Assembly (NCBI GenBank): GCA_945860565.1
Contig: CAMAQS010000003.1
Location: 1,933 to 65,932 of the forward strand
DNA from: Chitinophaga pinensis
GTDB lineage: Bacteria > Bacteroidota > Bacteroidia > NS11-12g > UBA955
DNA length: 64,000 bases
Reading direction: 5' to 3'
Each line of letters begins with the position of its first letter. Position 1 is the first letter of the stretch. This document shows positions 10,240-19,461 of this stretch, piece after piece. The notes under the pieces were generated by a model. The model was not told the origin of the DNA and did not search any database. It saw only the letters and a list, made by a program, of their open reading frames with translations. Position numbers and translations under genes: made by a program.

Positions 10240-13022
10240 TGTGCTTCTAGCCAATTGTTTCCGAAACCTGTTTCAACTAAAATTGGAACCGAAAGAATCA
10301 TTGCGTTTTCCATGTAGTATTTTATTTTAGGGACAACTATTTCCAATTCTGATTTGGGAACATCAAATAAAAGTTCATCATGTACTTGTAAAATCATTTT
10401 TGTTTTTAAACCACTAGTTCTTAGCCAATCATTCACTTTAATCATAGCAATTTTAATCATATCGGCTGCACTCCCTTGAATGGGAGCATTAATGGCATTG
10501 CGTTCAGAAAATCCCCTTACAGTAGCATTGGCACTGTTGATGTCTCTAATAATTCTTCTCCTCCCAGTAATTGTCTCAACAAAACCTAGTTCACGTGCAG
10601 ATTGAATGGTCTTTTCCATGTAGTCTTTTACACCAGAAAATTCATTAAAATAAGTCTCAATTATTTCTTTGGCCTCACTTCGGGGTATTTGAACTCTTTG
10701 ACTCAAACCAAAAGCAGAAATTCCATAAATAATGCCAAAATTTACAGTTTTCGCTTTTCGACGCATTTCTTTGTCAACCTCGCTAGGTGCTACTTTCCAT
10801 ACTTTAGAAGCGGTGGCCGTATGAATGTCTAAACCAGAATTAAATGCTTCAATCATAGCCGAATCATTTGAAATGTGTGCAATGATTCTAAGTTCTATTT
10901 GAGAATAATCTGCACTTAGTAAAACATGCTGATCGTCTCTTGGAACAAATGCTTTTCTTATCTCTTTTCCCAAATCCGTTCTAATCGGAATATTCTGCAA
11001 GTTTGGATTCTGCGAACTCAACCTTCCCGTTGCAGCAACTGCCTGATTGAAGCTTGTATGAACTCTATTGGTATTTGGGTTTACCAATAATGGAAGTGAA
11101 TCTACATATGTACTTTTCAATTTCTGTAGTGTCCGGAAATTCAAAATCAATTCAACAATTTCGTGTTTACCTACCAACGAATTTAGAGTCTCTTCATCTG
11201 TTTGGTATTGTCCTGTTTTTGTCTTTTTAGGTTTTTCGGACAATTTTAATTTTTCAAATAAAACCAACCCTACCTGCTGTGGGGATGAAATATTAAATTC
11301 AGATCCTGCAATTTCAAAAATTTTATCTTGAATTATTAATGCTTGTCTATTTAGTTCTTTACTGTAATCTGTTAAAAAATCTGAATCTATTCGAATACCT
11401 TCTTTTTCCATTAATTCTAGAACACTGATCAATGGAATTTCAATATCTTCAAACAATGATTCTAAGTTATACTTCTTTAAAAGAGGCGCAAAAACCTGTT
11501 TCAGTTGCAGCGTAATATCTGTATCCTCTGAAGCATATTGAGCAATTATTTCTAATTCAACATCTCTCATTGAGCCTTGGTTTTTACCTTTTTTCCCAAT
11601 TAACTCTTCAATGCTCACTGGACTATAATTGAGATATTTCTCACTTATTACCTGCATATTATGTTTATGATCTGGCTCTAACAAGTAGTGTGCAATCATG
11701 GTATCAAAAAATGGACCTTCAATTTTTAAATCATATTTAGACAATATGGCCAAATCGAATTTTAAATTTTGTGCTATTTTCATCTTTGAAGACAAAAAAA
11801 TAGGTTGCAATCTTTGAACTAAATCTTTCGCTTCAAGGTAATTAACGGGAATTGGAAAATAACAACCTTGGTTTGAAGCCCATGAAATAGATATCCCTAC
11901 CAATTCAGCAATATGTATATTTAAATCTGTTGTTTCTGTATCAAAACAAAACTCATCAACATTTTCCAAAATTGATAGAACTTCATTCCAATCTGATTGT
12001 GTTACGATTATTTTATACGCATGCTCTGTATTATCAATAGTTTTAAAATCATTTACTTCAATAGGTTGTTCAAATGGCAAATCGAACAAACTAGTCTGAA
12101 AAGGATTTGATTTTTCAGTCTTTTTTGGTTCACTTTTCAAAACAGAATCTGTTCCTATTGATTGGATTCTGCGAAGCATTGTTTTAAATTCCAACTCATT
12201 AAACACTACTTCAATTTTACTAAAATCGTAAGGTTTTAAAATTAAATCCAAGAGTTCGACTTCAATCGGAACATTTAAATCAATGGTGGCCAATTTTTTA
12301 CTCAGAAGCGCTTGATTTTGAAATTCTAAAAACTTTTCCTTCATCTTTCCCTTCAGTTGGTGGGCATTGGCAATTACGCCTTCCACGCTGTTGTATTCTT
12401 GTATTAATTTTTTTGCAGTTTTTTCTCCAACCCCAGGAACTCCTGGAATATTATCTACAGCATCTCCCCATAAACCAAGAATATCAATTACTTTTTCAAC
12501 TGAGTCAATCTCCCATCTATTCAAAATTTCTTTTACTCCTAAAATTTCGTCAGGATTGCCCATTCTACCTGGTTTGTAAATAAATATATGATCATTTACC
12601 AACTGACCAAAATCTTTGTCTGGGGTCATCATAAACACATCGATTTCAGTAAACCGATGAGCCAAAGTTCCTATAATATCATCGGCTTCATATCCATCTA
12701 ACAACAAAACTGGAATATCAAAAGCATCCAAGATTTTAAGTAGATAGGGAAAACTCGCCCTCAAATCTTCGGGCATTGATTCTCTTTGAGCCTTATACGC
12801 TTCAAATTCAATATGACGATGTGTAGGTTTATCCGTGTCTAAAACGACTGCAATGTGTGTTGGTTTCTGTTTATTTAGTATATCAAGTAGAGTATTGGTA
12901 AATCCAAACATAGCACTTGCATTTAATCCGTAACTTGTAATTCTAGGATTTTGACTAAAAGCAAAAAAAGCACGATAAAACAGCGCCATTCCATCCAATA
13001 AAAATAATTTTTCTTGTGACAT
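10236..13022 (-). CDS. polA: DNA polymerase I
   Basis: 928 aa. N-terminal 5'-3' exonuclease domain, 3'-5' exonuclease FDTETT, polymerase motifs LLSADYSQIELRI, RRKAKTVNFGIIYG and QVHDELLF. Confidence 0.97.
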   Translation of the reverse strand: MSQEKLFLLDGMALFYRAFFAFSQNPRITSYGLNASAMFGFTNTLLDILNKQKPTHIAVVLDTDKPTHRHIEFEAYKAQRESMPEDLRASFPYLLKILDAFDIPVLLLDGYEADDIIGTLAHRFTEIDVFMMTPDKDFGQLVNDHIFIYKPGRMGNPDEILGVKEILNRWEIDSVEKVIDILGLWGDAVDNIPGVPGVGEKTAKKLIQEYNSVEGVIANAHQLKGKMKEKFLEFQNQALLSKKLATIDLNVPIEVELLDLILKPYDFSKIEVVFNELEFKTMLRRIQSIGTDSVLKSEPKKTEKSNPFQTSLFDLPFEQPIEVNDFKTIDNTEHAYKIIVTQSDWNEVLSILENVDEFCFDTETTDLNIHIAELVGISISWASNQGCYFPIPVNYLEAKDLVQRLQPIFLSSKMKIAQNLKFDLAILSKYDLKIEGPFFDTMIAHYLLEPDHKHNMQVISEKYLNYSPVSIEELIGKKGKNQGSMRDVELEIIAQYASEDTDITLQLKQVFAPLLKKYNLESLFEDIEIPLISVLELMEKEGIRIDSDFLTDYSKELNRQALIIQDKIFEIAGSEFNISSPQQVGLVLFEKLKLSEKPKKTKTGQYQTDEETLNSLVGKHEIVELILNFRTLQKLKSTYVDSLPLLVNPNTNRVHTSFNQAVAATGRLSSQNPNLQNIPIRTDLGKEIRKAFVPRDDQHVLLSADYSQIELRIIAHISNDSAMIEAFNSGLDIHTATASKVWKVAPSEVDKEMRRKAKTVNFGIIYGISAFGLSQRVQIPRSEAKEIIETYFNEFSGVKDYMEKTIQSARELGFVETITGRRRIIRDINSANATVRGFSERNAINAPIQGSAADMIKIAMIKVNDWLRTSGLKTKMILQVHDELLFDVPKSELEIVVPKIKYYMENAMILSVPILVETGFGNNWLEAH

Positions 13023-13081
13023 AAACTGCCTAGCAATTTACAAAAAGCAAATTGGATAAACCTAAATTGCCGTCAATAATT

Positions 13082-13567
13082 TCACTTCTTTTTAAATCCC
13101 AATGAGATGCCGTTAATACAATATCTTAAACCAGTAGGTTGCCCATAACCGTCATTGAATACATGACCAAGATGTCCGCCACAATTAGAACAAACTACTT
13201 CGGTTCTGCTCATGCCATGACTATTGTCTACAATTTCTTTAACTTTTGACTTATCAATACTTTGATAAAAACTTGGCCACCCACATCCAGCATCAAATTT
13301 GGTTTCAGAGGAAAACAATTCCTGCCCACAACCTTTACAAACGTAAGTACCTGAATCCCAAAGTGTTTCATATTCACTTGAATATGGTCTCTCAGTTGCT
13401 TTTTCTCTCAAAACTTGAAATTCTAAGGAATTTAGTTGAGATTTCCATTCCGTTTCAGTTTTTTCCAAAGGGAATTTGCTATTTTTATTGTCATTTATCA
13501 TCTTCTTCGAATTATTCATACTTTTATTTATACACGCGCTAAAACACAAAATTGTTGCACACAACAA
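13082..13567 (-). CDS. msrB: peptide-methionine (R)-S-oxide reductase MsrB (start uncertain)
   Basis: CKGC...CSNCGGHLGHVF...RYCING motifs. The listed start is TTG. The upstream ATG at 13586 is out of frame across a T10 run (see findings). Confidence 0.85.
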   Translation of the reverse strand: MLCATILCFSACINKSMNNSKKMINDNKNSKFPLEKTETEWKSQLNSLEFQVLREKATERPYSSEYETLWDSGTYVCKGCGQELFSSETKFDAGCGWPSFYQSIDKSKVKEIVDNSHGMSRTEVVCSNCGGHLGHVFNDGYGQPTGLRYCINGISLGFKKK

Positions 13568-13630
13568 AAAAAAAATAGATTTTCATATAATTAGAACGAA
13601 TATCACTTAAAAAAGTTCTATTTTGAACCC

Positions 13631-14275
13631 GTGAACTATTTTAGTCATTACTATTTCGATCATATTGTCAATAATCAAGATTACAATATGGGATTGTTGC
13701 TTCCAGATTTATTAAGAAATTATTCAAAAAATGAATATAACAAAAAGCTCATTAACAACAAAAATGGCTTTGAAAACGACCTTTCCAAGGGTGTAGTCTC
13801 TCATATTAAAAGAGATGCGTCATTTCATGAATCCATATTTTTCAAATCCGTTTACAACGAAAATTTAGAAATTTGTAAACGGATATTTGGTTTAAATGAA
13901 ATCCCGAGATATTGGTTTGGAATTCATATTCTCATAGAAATGCAATTAGATCAAATACTAATAAAAACAGAAGAACATTTATTGCATAAAATGTATGAAG
14001 ACATGGAAAAGGCAATTCCTTCAATTGAATTATTTTTATTTTCAATAGAACACCAAAATCACAACAAATTTTTAGATGGTGTGTTCAGATTTGTAGAATC
14101 AAAATACCTATTAAAATATAACGACGAAAATGGCATTTCATACGGACTTAACCGAGTATATCAACAGGTAAACGCAGACAACCGGACATGGGGACCTGAA
14201 ATTGGTAAATCACTAATTCCATTGCTAGATTCTATAAATAATTCAATTCACAAACACTTCCAAACCCTTAGTTAA
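13631..14275 (+). CDS. hypothetical protein, possibly ACP phosphodiesterase (AcpH)-like
   Basis: N-terminal MNYFSHYYF...LLPDLLRN and an internal H..RD..FH resemble the AcpH family pattern. Weak evidence. GTG start. Confidence 0.35.
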   Translation: MNYFSHYYFDHIVNNQDYNMGLLLPDLLRNYSKNEYNKKLINNKNGFENDLSKGVVSHIKRDASFHESIFFKSVYNENLEICKRIFGLNEIPRYWFGIHILIEMQLDQILIKTEEHLLHKMYEDMEKAIPSIELFLFSIEHQNHNKFLDGVFRFVESKYLLKYNDENGISYGLNRVYQQVNADNRTWGPEIGKSLIPLLDSINNSIHKHFQTLS

Positions 14276-15263
14276 AAATCTTAAACATGCTCATCAGTAA
14301 TAAAACAAACCACAAAATTAAGAAAGCCTCTTTCCAAAATTTATTTCTTTTATCTTCAAATATCGCAGGTAAAATCATTGATAGTGGAATGGTGAAAAGT
14401 GAAAAATACTCTTCATATTGGGTTGATCTATAGACAAATACAAAAGTGGCAAAAACAGAAATCATCGCCATAGCCATTTTGCTTCTTCGTGTTTCAACAT
14501 TAGTTCTATAAAATGTACCAAAAAATCGAGCCAATCCAAACAAGCCATAGATTAAAGTTATGCCAATGAAAATCAAATCCATTCCATTTTTATGCCAATC
14601 AAACTTTACTTCTTTAAACAAAACAATCCAAAATTCCCAAACATTAAAAAATTGTAACTCATTAGAAATAAGGAAACTTAAAGAAGCCATTAAATAATAA
14701 GGCATAAACATGCCCGAAATAATTACAATTATATCACTTACTTTAACCGGTTTAAAAATCACAACACAAGTGATTAATAAAATAATTGACCAATAAAATT
14801 CCGGAATACACATGGCGGACAAACCAAACAACATGGCGGAAATAAATAAAGCATTTTTTGAATAATTTATCTTTAAGAATTTATAAATCATAACAATACC
14901 AAAAAGAAAAAAAATCTCAGCAACATTGACATTGTTTAATGTAAGATTTGAAGAAAACGCTGAATTTAATAAAATATAAAAAAGGAAAACACTATATCCT
15001 GGCTTATCTAAAATATTATAATTAAGTACCATTCTATTAATCATAATTCCCTTAAAAAGAACCAAAATCGTTGTGATAACAAATGCTAAAAAAGGAAACA
15101 AATTGATGTAATTTGTGTACTTAGACAAGAAACCTACTTGTGAAATTGGTGAAATGGCATGAGAATGGCAATAAAACATACCTGTACGTAGGCCTATAAT
15201 TAAAAAACATAGTATTATGAAGTTGCCTAAGCTATTATCAAATATCCATTTAATCATTGTCAC
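14268..15263 (-). CDS. polytopic integral membrane protein, function unknown
   Basis: 331 aa, almost entirely hydrophobic helices. Overlaps the upstream gene by 14 nt. Confidence 0.5.
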   Translation of the reverse strand: MTMIKWIFDNSLGNFIILCFLIIGLRTGMFYCHSHAISPISQVGFLSKYTNYINLFPFLAFVITTILVLFKGIMINRMVLNYNILDKPGYSVFLFYILLNSAFSSNLTLNNVNVAEIFFLFGIVMIYKFLKINYSKNALFISAMLFGLSAMCIPEFYWSIILLITCVVIFKPVKVSDIIVIISGMFMPYYLMASLSFLISNELQFFNVWEFWIVLFKEVKFDWHKNGMDLIFIGITLIYGLFGLARFFGTFYRTNVETRRSKMAMAMISVFATFVFVYRSTQYEEYFSLFTIPLSMILPAIFEDKRNKFWKEAFLILWFVLLLMSMFKIFN

Positions 15264-16713
15264 TAATCTTTATCCAAAACCATTGTTTATCTCGTATCAA
15301 AGGTACCGTAAATGAACAATAATTTGTTTCCCTTCCATCAAATGGAACTAGAACACAATAAAAGTTTTCACTATCTATTAAGATTTTTTTTTCCATTGTA
15401 AAATCTGGTTTTATTATAACATCAATAATTTGATTGTCCCTTGAAATATCACCATTGTAAAGTATGTGAATGGCTTTTTCACATGTAAAAGTTGAATATC
15501 CTAACATGTAGGATGTATTCGGTGCCGCAATCTGCTCTTTGTTAATCCTTAAACATGTATCAATGCCTTCGGGCGATAAAAAAACCAAACCAATCTCATT
15601 GTAATTATATAAAATTTTTGTAGCGGTTTGAGGAATCCCATTTATATAAAATGTCTCCAATTGCTTTAATTCATTGAATCTTTCTAAACACACCACATAA
15701 GAGCCATTGGCCATAAAGACAATGTTTCTAATAGTATAGTTTTCCGGAAATAATTTCGAATTTCCATCTTTTAAAGTTGATCCCTCTAAAATTTTTGATT
15801 GAGATTGATTAAAAAAGTAATCGAATTTAGATCCGCTATCTACATTATTAACTGGAATCTTTAATTCGAATAAGCCCAACGATTGAACCTTGTTTTCGCC
15901 AAATAGACCCGCCAATATCCAAAATCTTTGTTCGGGATCGAGAGCTAAATGAATATTCTGTGCCAAAAAAACACTTTCTATTTCCTTAGTTAAAATACCA
16001 TAAACATCAATTTTAAAATAAATATAACTTTTATTTTTAGACCTTCGCACAAATGATTCTTTGGATTTAACAACATTTAGTAAAGCCAGGATAGAACCTG
16101 ATTTTGAAATAGAAACATCATTCCAATAAATATTTTGGATTGGTTGAAAAATTTTTGTTCGTTGAAAAAACAACTTTTCTCCTTCAATTGAATAACTCTT
16201 TATTAAAACTTCAGAACTTTCAGGATCTATCTTTTTCATGTAACAAATACAGAACTTTTTAGTATGAAAATTATAATCCGAAATTATTTCATCTGAGTTG
16301 ATATCTATTCGGTCAATTTGATCAATCAATTTTGATTCAACCAATTCAGATAAATCGTAACTTATCCTATTTAAATAAACACCAATGCCTTCTTTTTTTC
16401 TTTTAATTAATGAAACATAATAAATACCTGAGTCTGAAATGAAAATTTTGATAACAAAATTATTCCGAGGTACATCTACAAATCTATCATCTATAAAATT
16501 TAAGTTCTGGTCATACCTCTCAATACTAAATCCACCCGTTAAATATTCAGTTGCATAATTTAACATGTAATTACCGAAACTACTTTCTCCTATTGGTTGG
16601 TGATAAATACTTTTTTTTTGATTTAGTTGGGGCTTATTTGAGGAAATATAGTGTTGTCCAAACACATTGGTAAATAGGTTTATGATTAGTATGGTAAACC
16701 AAATTTTTGGCAT
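15250..16713 (-). CDS. hypothetical secreted protein
   Basis: 487 aa with N-terminal signal peptide MPKIWFTILIINLFTNVFGQ. No recognised motifs. Confidence 0.5.
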   Translation of the reverse strand: MPKIWFTILIINLFTNVFGQHYISSNKPQLNQKKSIYHQPIGESSFGNYMLNYATEYLTGGFSIERYDQNLNFIDDRFVDVPRNNFVIKIFISDSGIYYVSLIKRKKEGIGVYLNRISYDLSELVESKLIDQIDRIDINSDEIISDYNFHTKKFCICYMKKIDPESSEVLIKSYSIEGEKLFFQRTKIFQPIQNIYWNDVSISKSGSILALLNVVKSKESFVRRSKNKSYIYFKIDVYGILTKEIESVFLAQNIHLALDPEQRFWILAGLFGENKVQSLGLFELKIPVNNVDSGSKFDYFFNQSQSKILEGSTLKDGNSKLFPENYTIRNIVFMANGSYVVCLERFNELKQLETFYINGIPQTATKILYNYNEIGLVFLSPEGIDTCLRINKEQIAAPNTSYMLGYSTFTCEKAIHILYNGDISRDNQIIDVIIKPDFTMEKKILIDSENFYCVLVPFDGRETNYCSFTVPLIRDKQWFWIKISDND

Positions 16714-16761
16714 AATTGAATTTCTGTAGTATGTATTGAGGTTCGTATGGCAAATTACAAG

Positions 16762-16769
16762 TAATTTTG
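16762..16769 (+). promoter_or_regulatory. candidate -7 promoter box TAATTTTG upstream of hflX
   Basis: Exact TAnnTTTG match 18 nt upstream of the TTG start at 16788. Confidence 0.3.
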
Positions 16770-16787
16770 TAAATTAAATCCCACAAA

Positions 16788-17966
16788 TTGATTGATAATA
16801 CAAAACAAGAAGAAATTGCAATTTTAGTCGGTGTTCAATCATTTGGACAGGAAATTTCTGTAGATGAATATCTAGATGAACTTGAGCAACTTGCATTAAC
16901 ATCTGGGGCCAAAACCATTAAACGTTTTACCCAAAAATTAACTCATCCTCACCCCAAAACCTATATTGGAAAAGGTAAAATGGCAGACATAAGTAATTTT
17001 TGTATAGAAAACAAAGTAGATGTTGCCCTCTTTGACGATGAACTTTCACCTGCTCAAGTAAGAAATATTGAAAATGCTCTTAACGGAGTAAAAGTGCTCA
17101 GTAGAACACATTTAATTTTAGATATTTTTGCTAAAAATGCCCAATCATCTCAAGCAAAAACGCAAGTTGAATTAGCACAAAGTATTTTCATGTTACCTAG
17201 ATTAACAGGATTGTGGACCCATTTGAGCAAGCAAAAAGGTGGTATTGGAATGAAAGGTCCTGGTGAAACTGAAATTGAAACTGACCGCAGGGCTTTACGA
17301 AATAAAATTTCATTATTAAAAGAAAAATTAAAGCACATTGAAAAAATAGGAATTACGCAACGCTCAGGGAGAGAAGGTGTTTATCGGGCAGCGTTGGTAG
17401 GCTACACAAACGTCGGTAAAAGCACAATCATGAATTTGCTTTCTCGGTCTGAAGTATTAGTTGAAGATAAATTATTCGCCACCTTGGATGCAACAGTTAG
17501 AAAGCTAGTTTTACCTAACCCTACAGAAGAAAATGAATTGGTACCGCTTTTATTGAGTGATACAGTCGGATTTATACGGAAATTGCCCACATTGTTGGTT
17601 GAAAGTTTCAAAAGCACTTTAGCAGAGGCCTTGGAAGCCGATATTTTAATTCACGTAGTGGACATTTCAAACCCTAAATATGAAGATCACATGATTGCTG
17701 TAAAAGAAACCCTTCATAGTATAGGTGCTTCAAACAAGCCTGAAATTATTGTCTTTAATAAAGTAGATGCATTCAAAGATGAAGATGAATTTTTCGTTGG
17801 AAATTCAGGATTAACATTACAGGAATTTGAAAAAAGTTGGATAGCTAAAGAGAATAGCCCTGCCGTATTTATTTCTGCAACTGAAAAATCAAATATCGAA
17901 AAGTTGAGAACCTTGTTAATTTCCCAATTAATCTTAGTTAGAAGTAATCAGAATATGAAACTATAA
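16788..17966 (+). CDS. hflX: GTPase HflX
   Basis: HflX N-terminal domain plus G motifs GYTNVGKST, DTVGF and NKVD. Confidence 0.93.
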   Translation: MIDNTKQEEIAILVGVQSFGQEISVDEYLDELEQLALTSGAKTIKRFTQKLTHPHPKTYIGKGKMADISNFCIENKVDVALFDDELSPAQVRNIENALNGVKVLSRTHLILDIFAKNAQSSQAKTQVELAQSIFMLPRLTGLWTHLSKQKGGIGMKGPGETEIETDRRALRNKISLLKEKLKHIEKIGITQRSGREGVYRAALVGYTNVGKSTIMNLLSRSEVLVEDKLFATLDATVRKLVLPNPTEENELVPLLLSDTVGFIRKLPTLLVESFKSTLAEALEADILIHVVDISNPKYEDHMIAVKETLHSIGASNKPEIIVFNKVDAFKDEDEFFVGNSGLTLQEFEKSWIAKENSPAVFISATEKSNIEKLRTLLISQLILVRSNQNMKL

Positions 17967-18182
17967 TTCGTCTTCGTTGAAAAAATAGTCGTCATCTGTA
18001 GGATAATCACTCCATATTTCTTCAATACTTTCATACGGTTCACCGTCATCTTCAAGTTCTTGAAGATTCTCAATTACTTCCAATGGTGCACCTGAACGTA
18101 TGCCATAATCAATCAATTCGTCTTTTGTGGCAGGCCATGGAGCATCGTCCAAATAGCTAACCAATTCTAATGTCCAATACAT
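17961..18182 (-). CDS. DUF2795-like small acidic protein
   Basis: 73 aa. The pattern YLDDAPWPATKDELIDYGIRSGAP..VIENLQEL is typical of the DUF2795 family. Confidence 0.6.
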   Translation of the reverse strand: MYWTLELVSYLDDAPWPATKDELIDYGIRSGAPLEVIENLQELEDDGEPYESIEEIWSDYPTDDDYFFNEDEL

Positions 18183-18254
18183 AAGGTTATTTAATTTCTC
18201 GCGAAAATATGTTTTTCTTTCAAAAAATCAAGCCAAATTTGTAAAAGATTCGAC

Positions 18255-18905
18255 ATGATAACAAATAGCAAGAACGAAATATTAGAATATTGTGAGAAAA
18301 ACTCCTCTAACCCCTCTATTTTTTTAGAACTATTAACAGCCTTCACTTGGAAAAACACAACTAACCCTAGACAATTAAGCGGTCATATTCAAGGAAAATT
18401 ATTGTCTCTTATTGTTCGTTTGATGAAACCAAAAATGGTTTTAGAAATTGGCACTTTTACGGGTTATTCTACTGCTAGTTTACTTGAATACTTGCCTATT
18501 GAAAGTGAAATACACACTATTGAGGCGGACAAAGAAATTTTCTTTAAAACACAAGAATTTTGGAAATTAAACAATGACTCAAAAAGGATTAATTTCCATT
18601 ATGGAATTGCGTTAGATATAATTCCAACTTTAAAAATAAAGTCTGATCTGATTTTTATAGATGCCGACAAAAGGAATTATATCAATTATTTTGACCTTTG
18701 TCTACCCTTGCTTCAGGAGAATGGGGTAATGATTTTTGATAATACATTATGGTCAGGAAAAGTTGCACAGAAAAAGGAAAGAGAATCTAACACTGATACA
18801 AGAATTATGCATGAATTCAATGTTTACATTAAAAATAATGAATTTTGTGAGGTACTTCTGTTGCCAATTAGGGATGGCTTAACCATTTTAACCAAAAAAA
18901 ACTAG
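18255..18905 (+). CDS. class I SAM-dependent O-methyltransferase (caffeoyl-CoA OMT-like)
   Basis: VLEIGTFTGYST SAM-binding motif, FIDADK and NGVMIFDNTLWSG, typical of Methyltransf_3 family proteins. Confidence 0.8.
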   Translation: MITNSKNEILEYCEKNSSNPSIFLELLTAFTWKNTTNPRQLSGHIQGKLLSLIVRLMKPKMVLEIGTFTGYSTASLLEYLPIESEIHTIEADKEIFFKTQEFWKLNNDSKRINFHYGIALDIIPTLKIKSDLIFIDADKRNYINYFDLCLPLLQENGVMIFDNTLWSGKVAQKKERESNTDTRIMHEFNVYIKNNEFCEVLLLPIRDGLTILTKKN

Positions 18906-19369
18906 CCCCTTAATTTGTCGAGCAAACTACTAAGCAACTCGGCTTCGTTTTCATCTAGATGAAATTTTTGATTTGTAAATTCACTCATAATTGGGTCAAT
19001 TTCCTTTAACACGTTTAATCCTTTTTCATTTATCTGAATATTGACTTTTCGTTTATTTTCTGCATCAATACACCTATCAATTAAACCCATTATTACCAAT
19101 CTATCACATAAACGAGTCAAATCTGGATTCTTGTCGATCATTACGGACTTAATTTCACTAGGATTTAATGAGGCTGGAAACCGACCTCTAAGAATACGCA
19201 AAACATTATATTGTTGAGATGTTATTTTATAATTTTTAAAAATATCCCTAAAAACAGAAGATATCCAACCTTCAGTATAAATTACATTTACAACCGCTTT
19301 ATGAAGATTTGATTGGAATGAGCTTTGTTTTATTTCTTTTTCTATTTCCAAGATTTTACAAATTAACAT
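18902..19369 (-). CDS. MarR family transcriptional regulator
   Basis: 155 aa. Winged-helix pattern ITSQQYNVLRILRG...SEIKSVMIDKNPDLTRLCDRLVIMGLIDR. Confidence 0.8.
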   Translation of the reverse strand: MLICKILEIEKEIKQSSFQSNLHKAVVNVIYTEGWISSVFRDIFKNYKITSQQYNVLRILRGRFPASLNPSEIKSVMIDKNPDLTRLCDRLVIMGLIDRCIDAENKRKVNIQINEKGLNVLKEIDPIMSEFTNQKFHLDENEAELLSSLLDKLRG

Positions 19370-19445
19370 TTTATTTTTAAAAGAACGCTGATTTTAGTAA
19401 AAAACTAATGCGCATCTTGTATATGCCAAAAACAAAATATTGGGT

Positions 19446-19453
19446 TAAATTTG
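19446..19453 (+). promoter_or_regulatory. candidate -7 promoter box TAAATTTG upstream of kynU
   Basis: Exact TAnnTTTG match. It lies inside the longest-ORF N-terminus and 8 nt upstream of the ATG at 19462. Confidence 0.35.
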
Positions 19454-19461
19454 AAACAAAT

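Noticed and set aside
19408-19461. The longest-ORF start of kynU (MRILYMPKTKYWVKFETN).
   Set aside because: The extension contains a perfect -7 promoter box. The conserved kynureninase N-terminus begins at the ATG at 19462.
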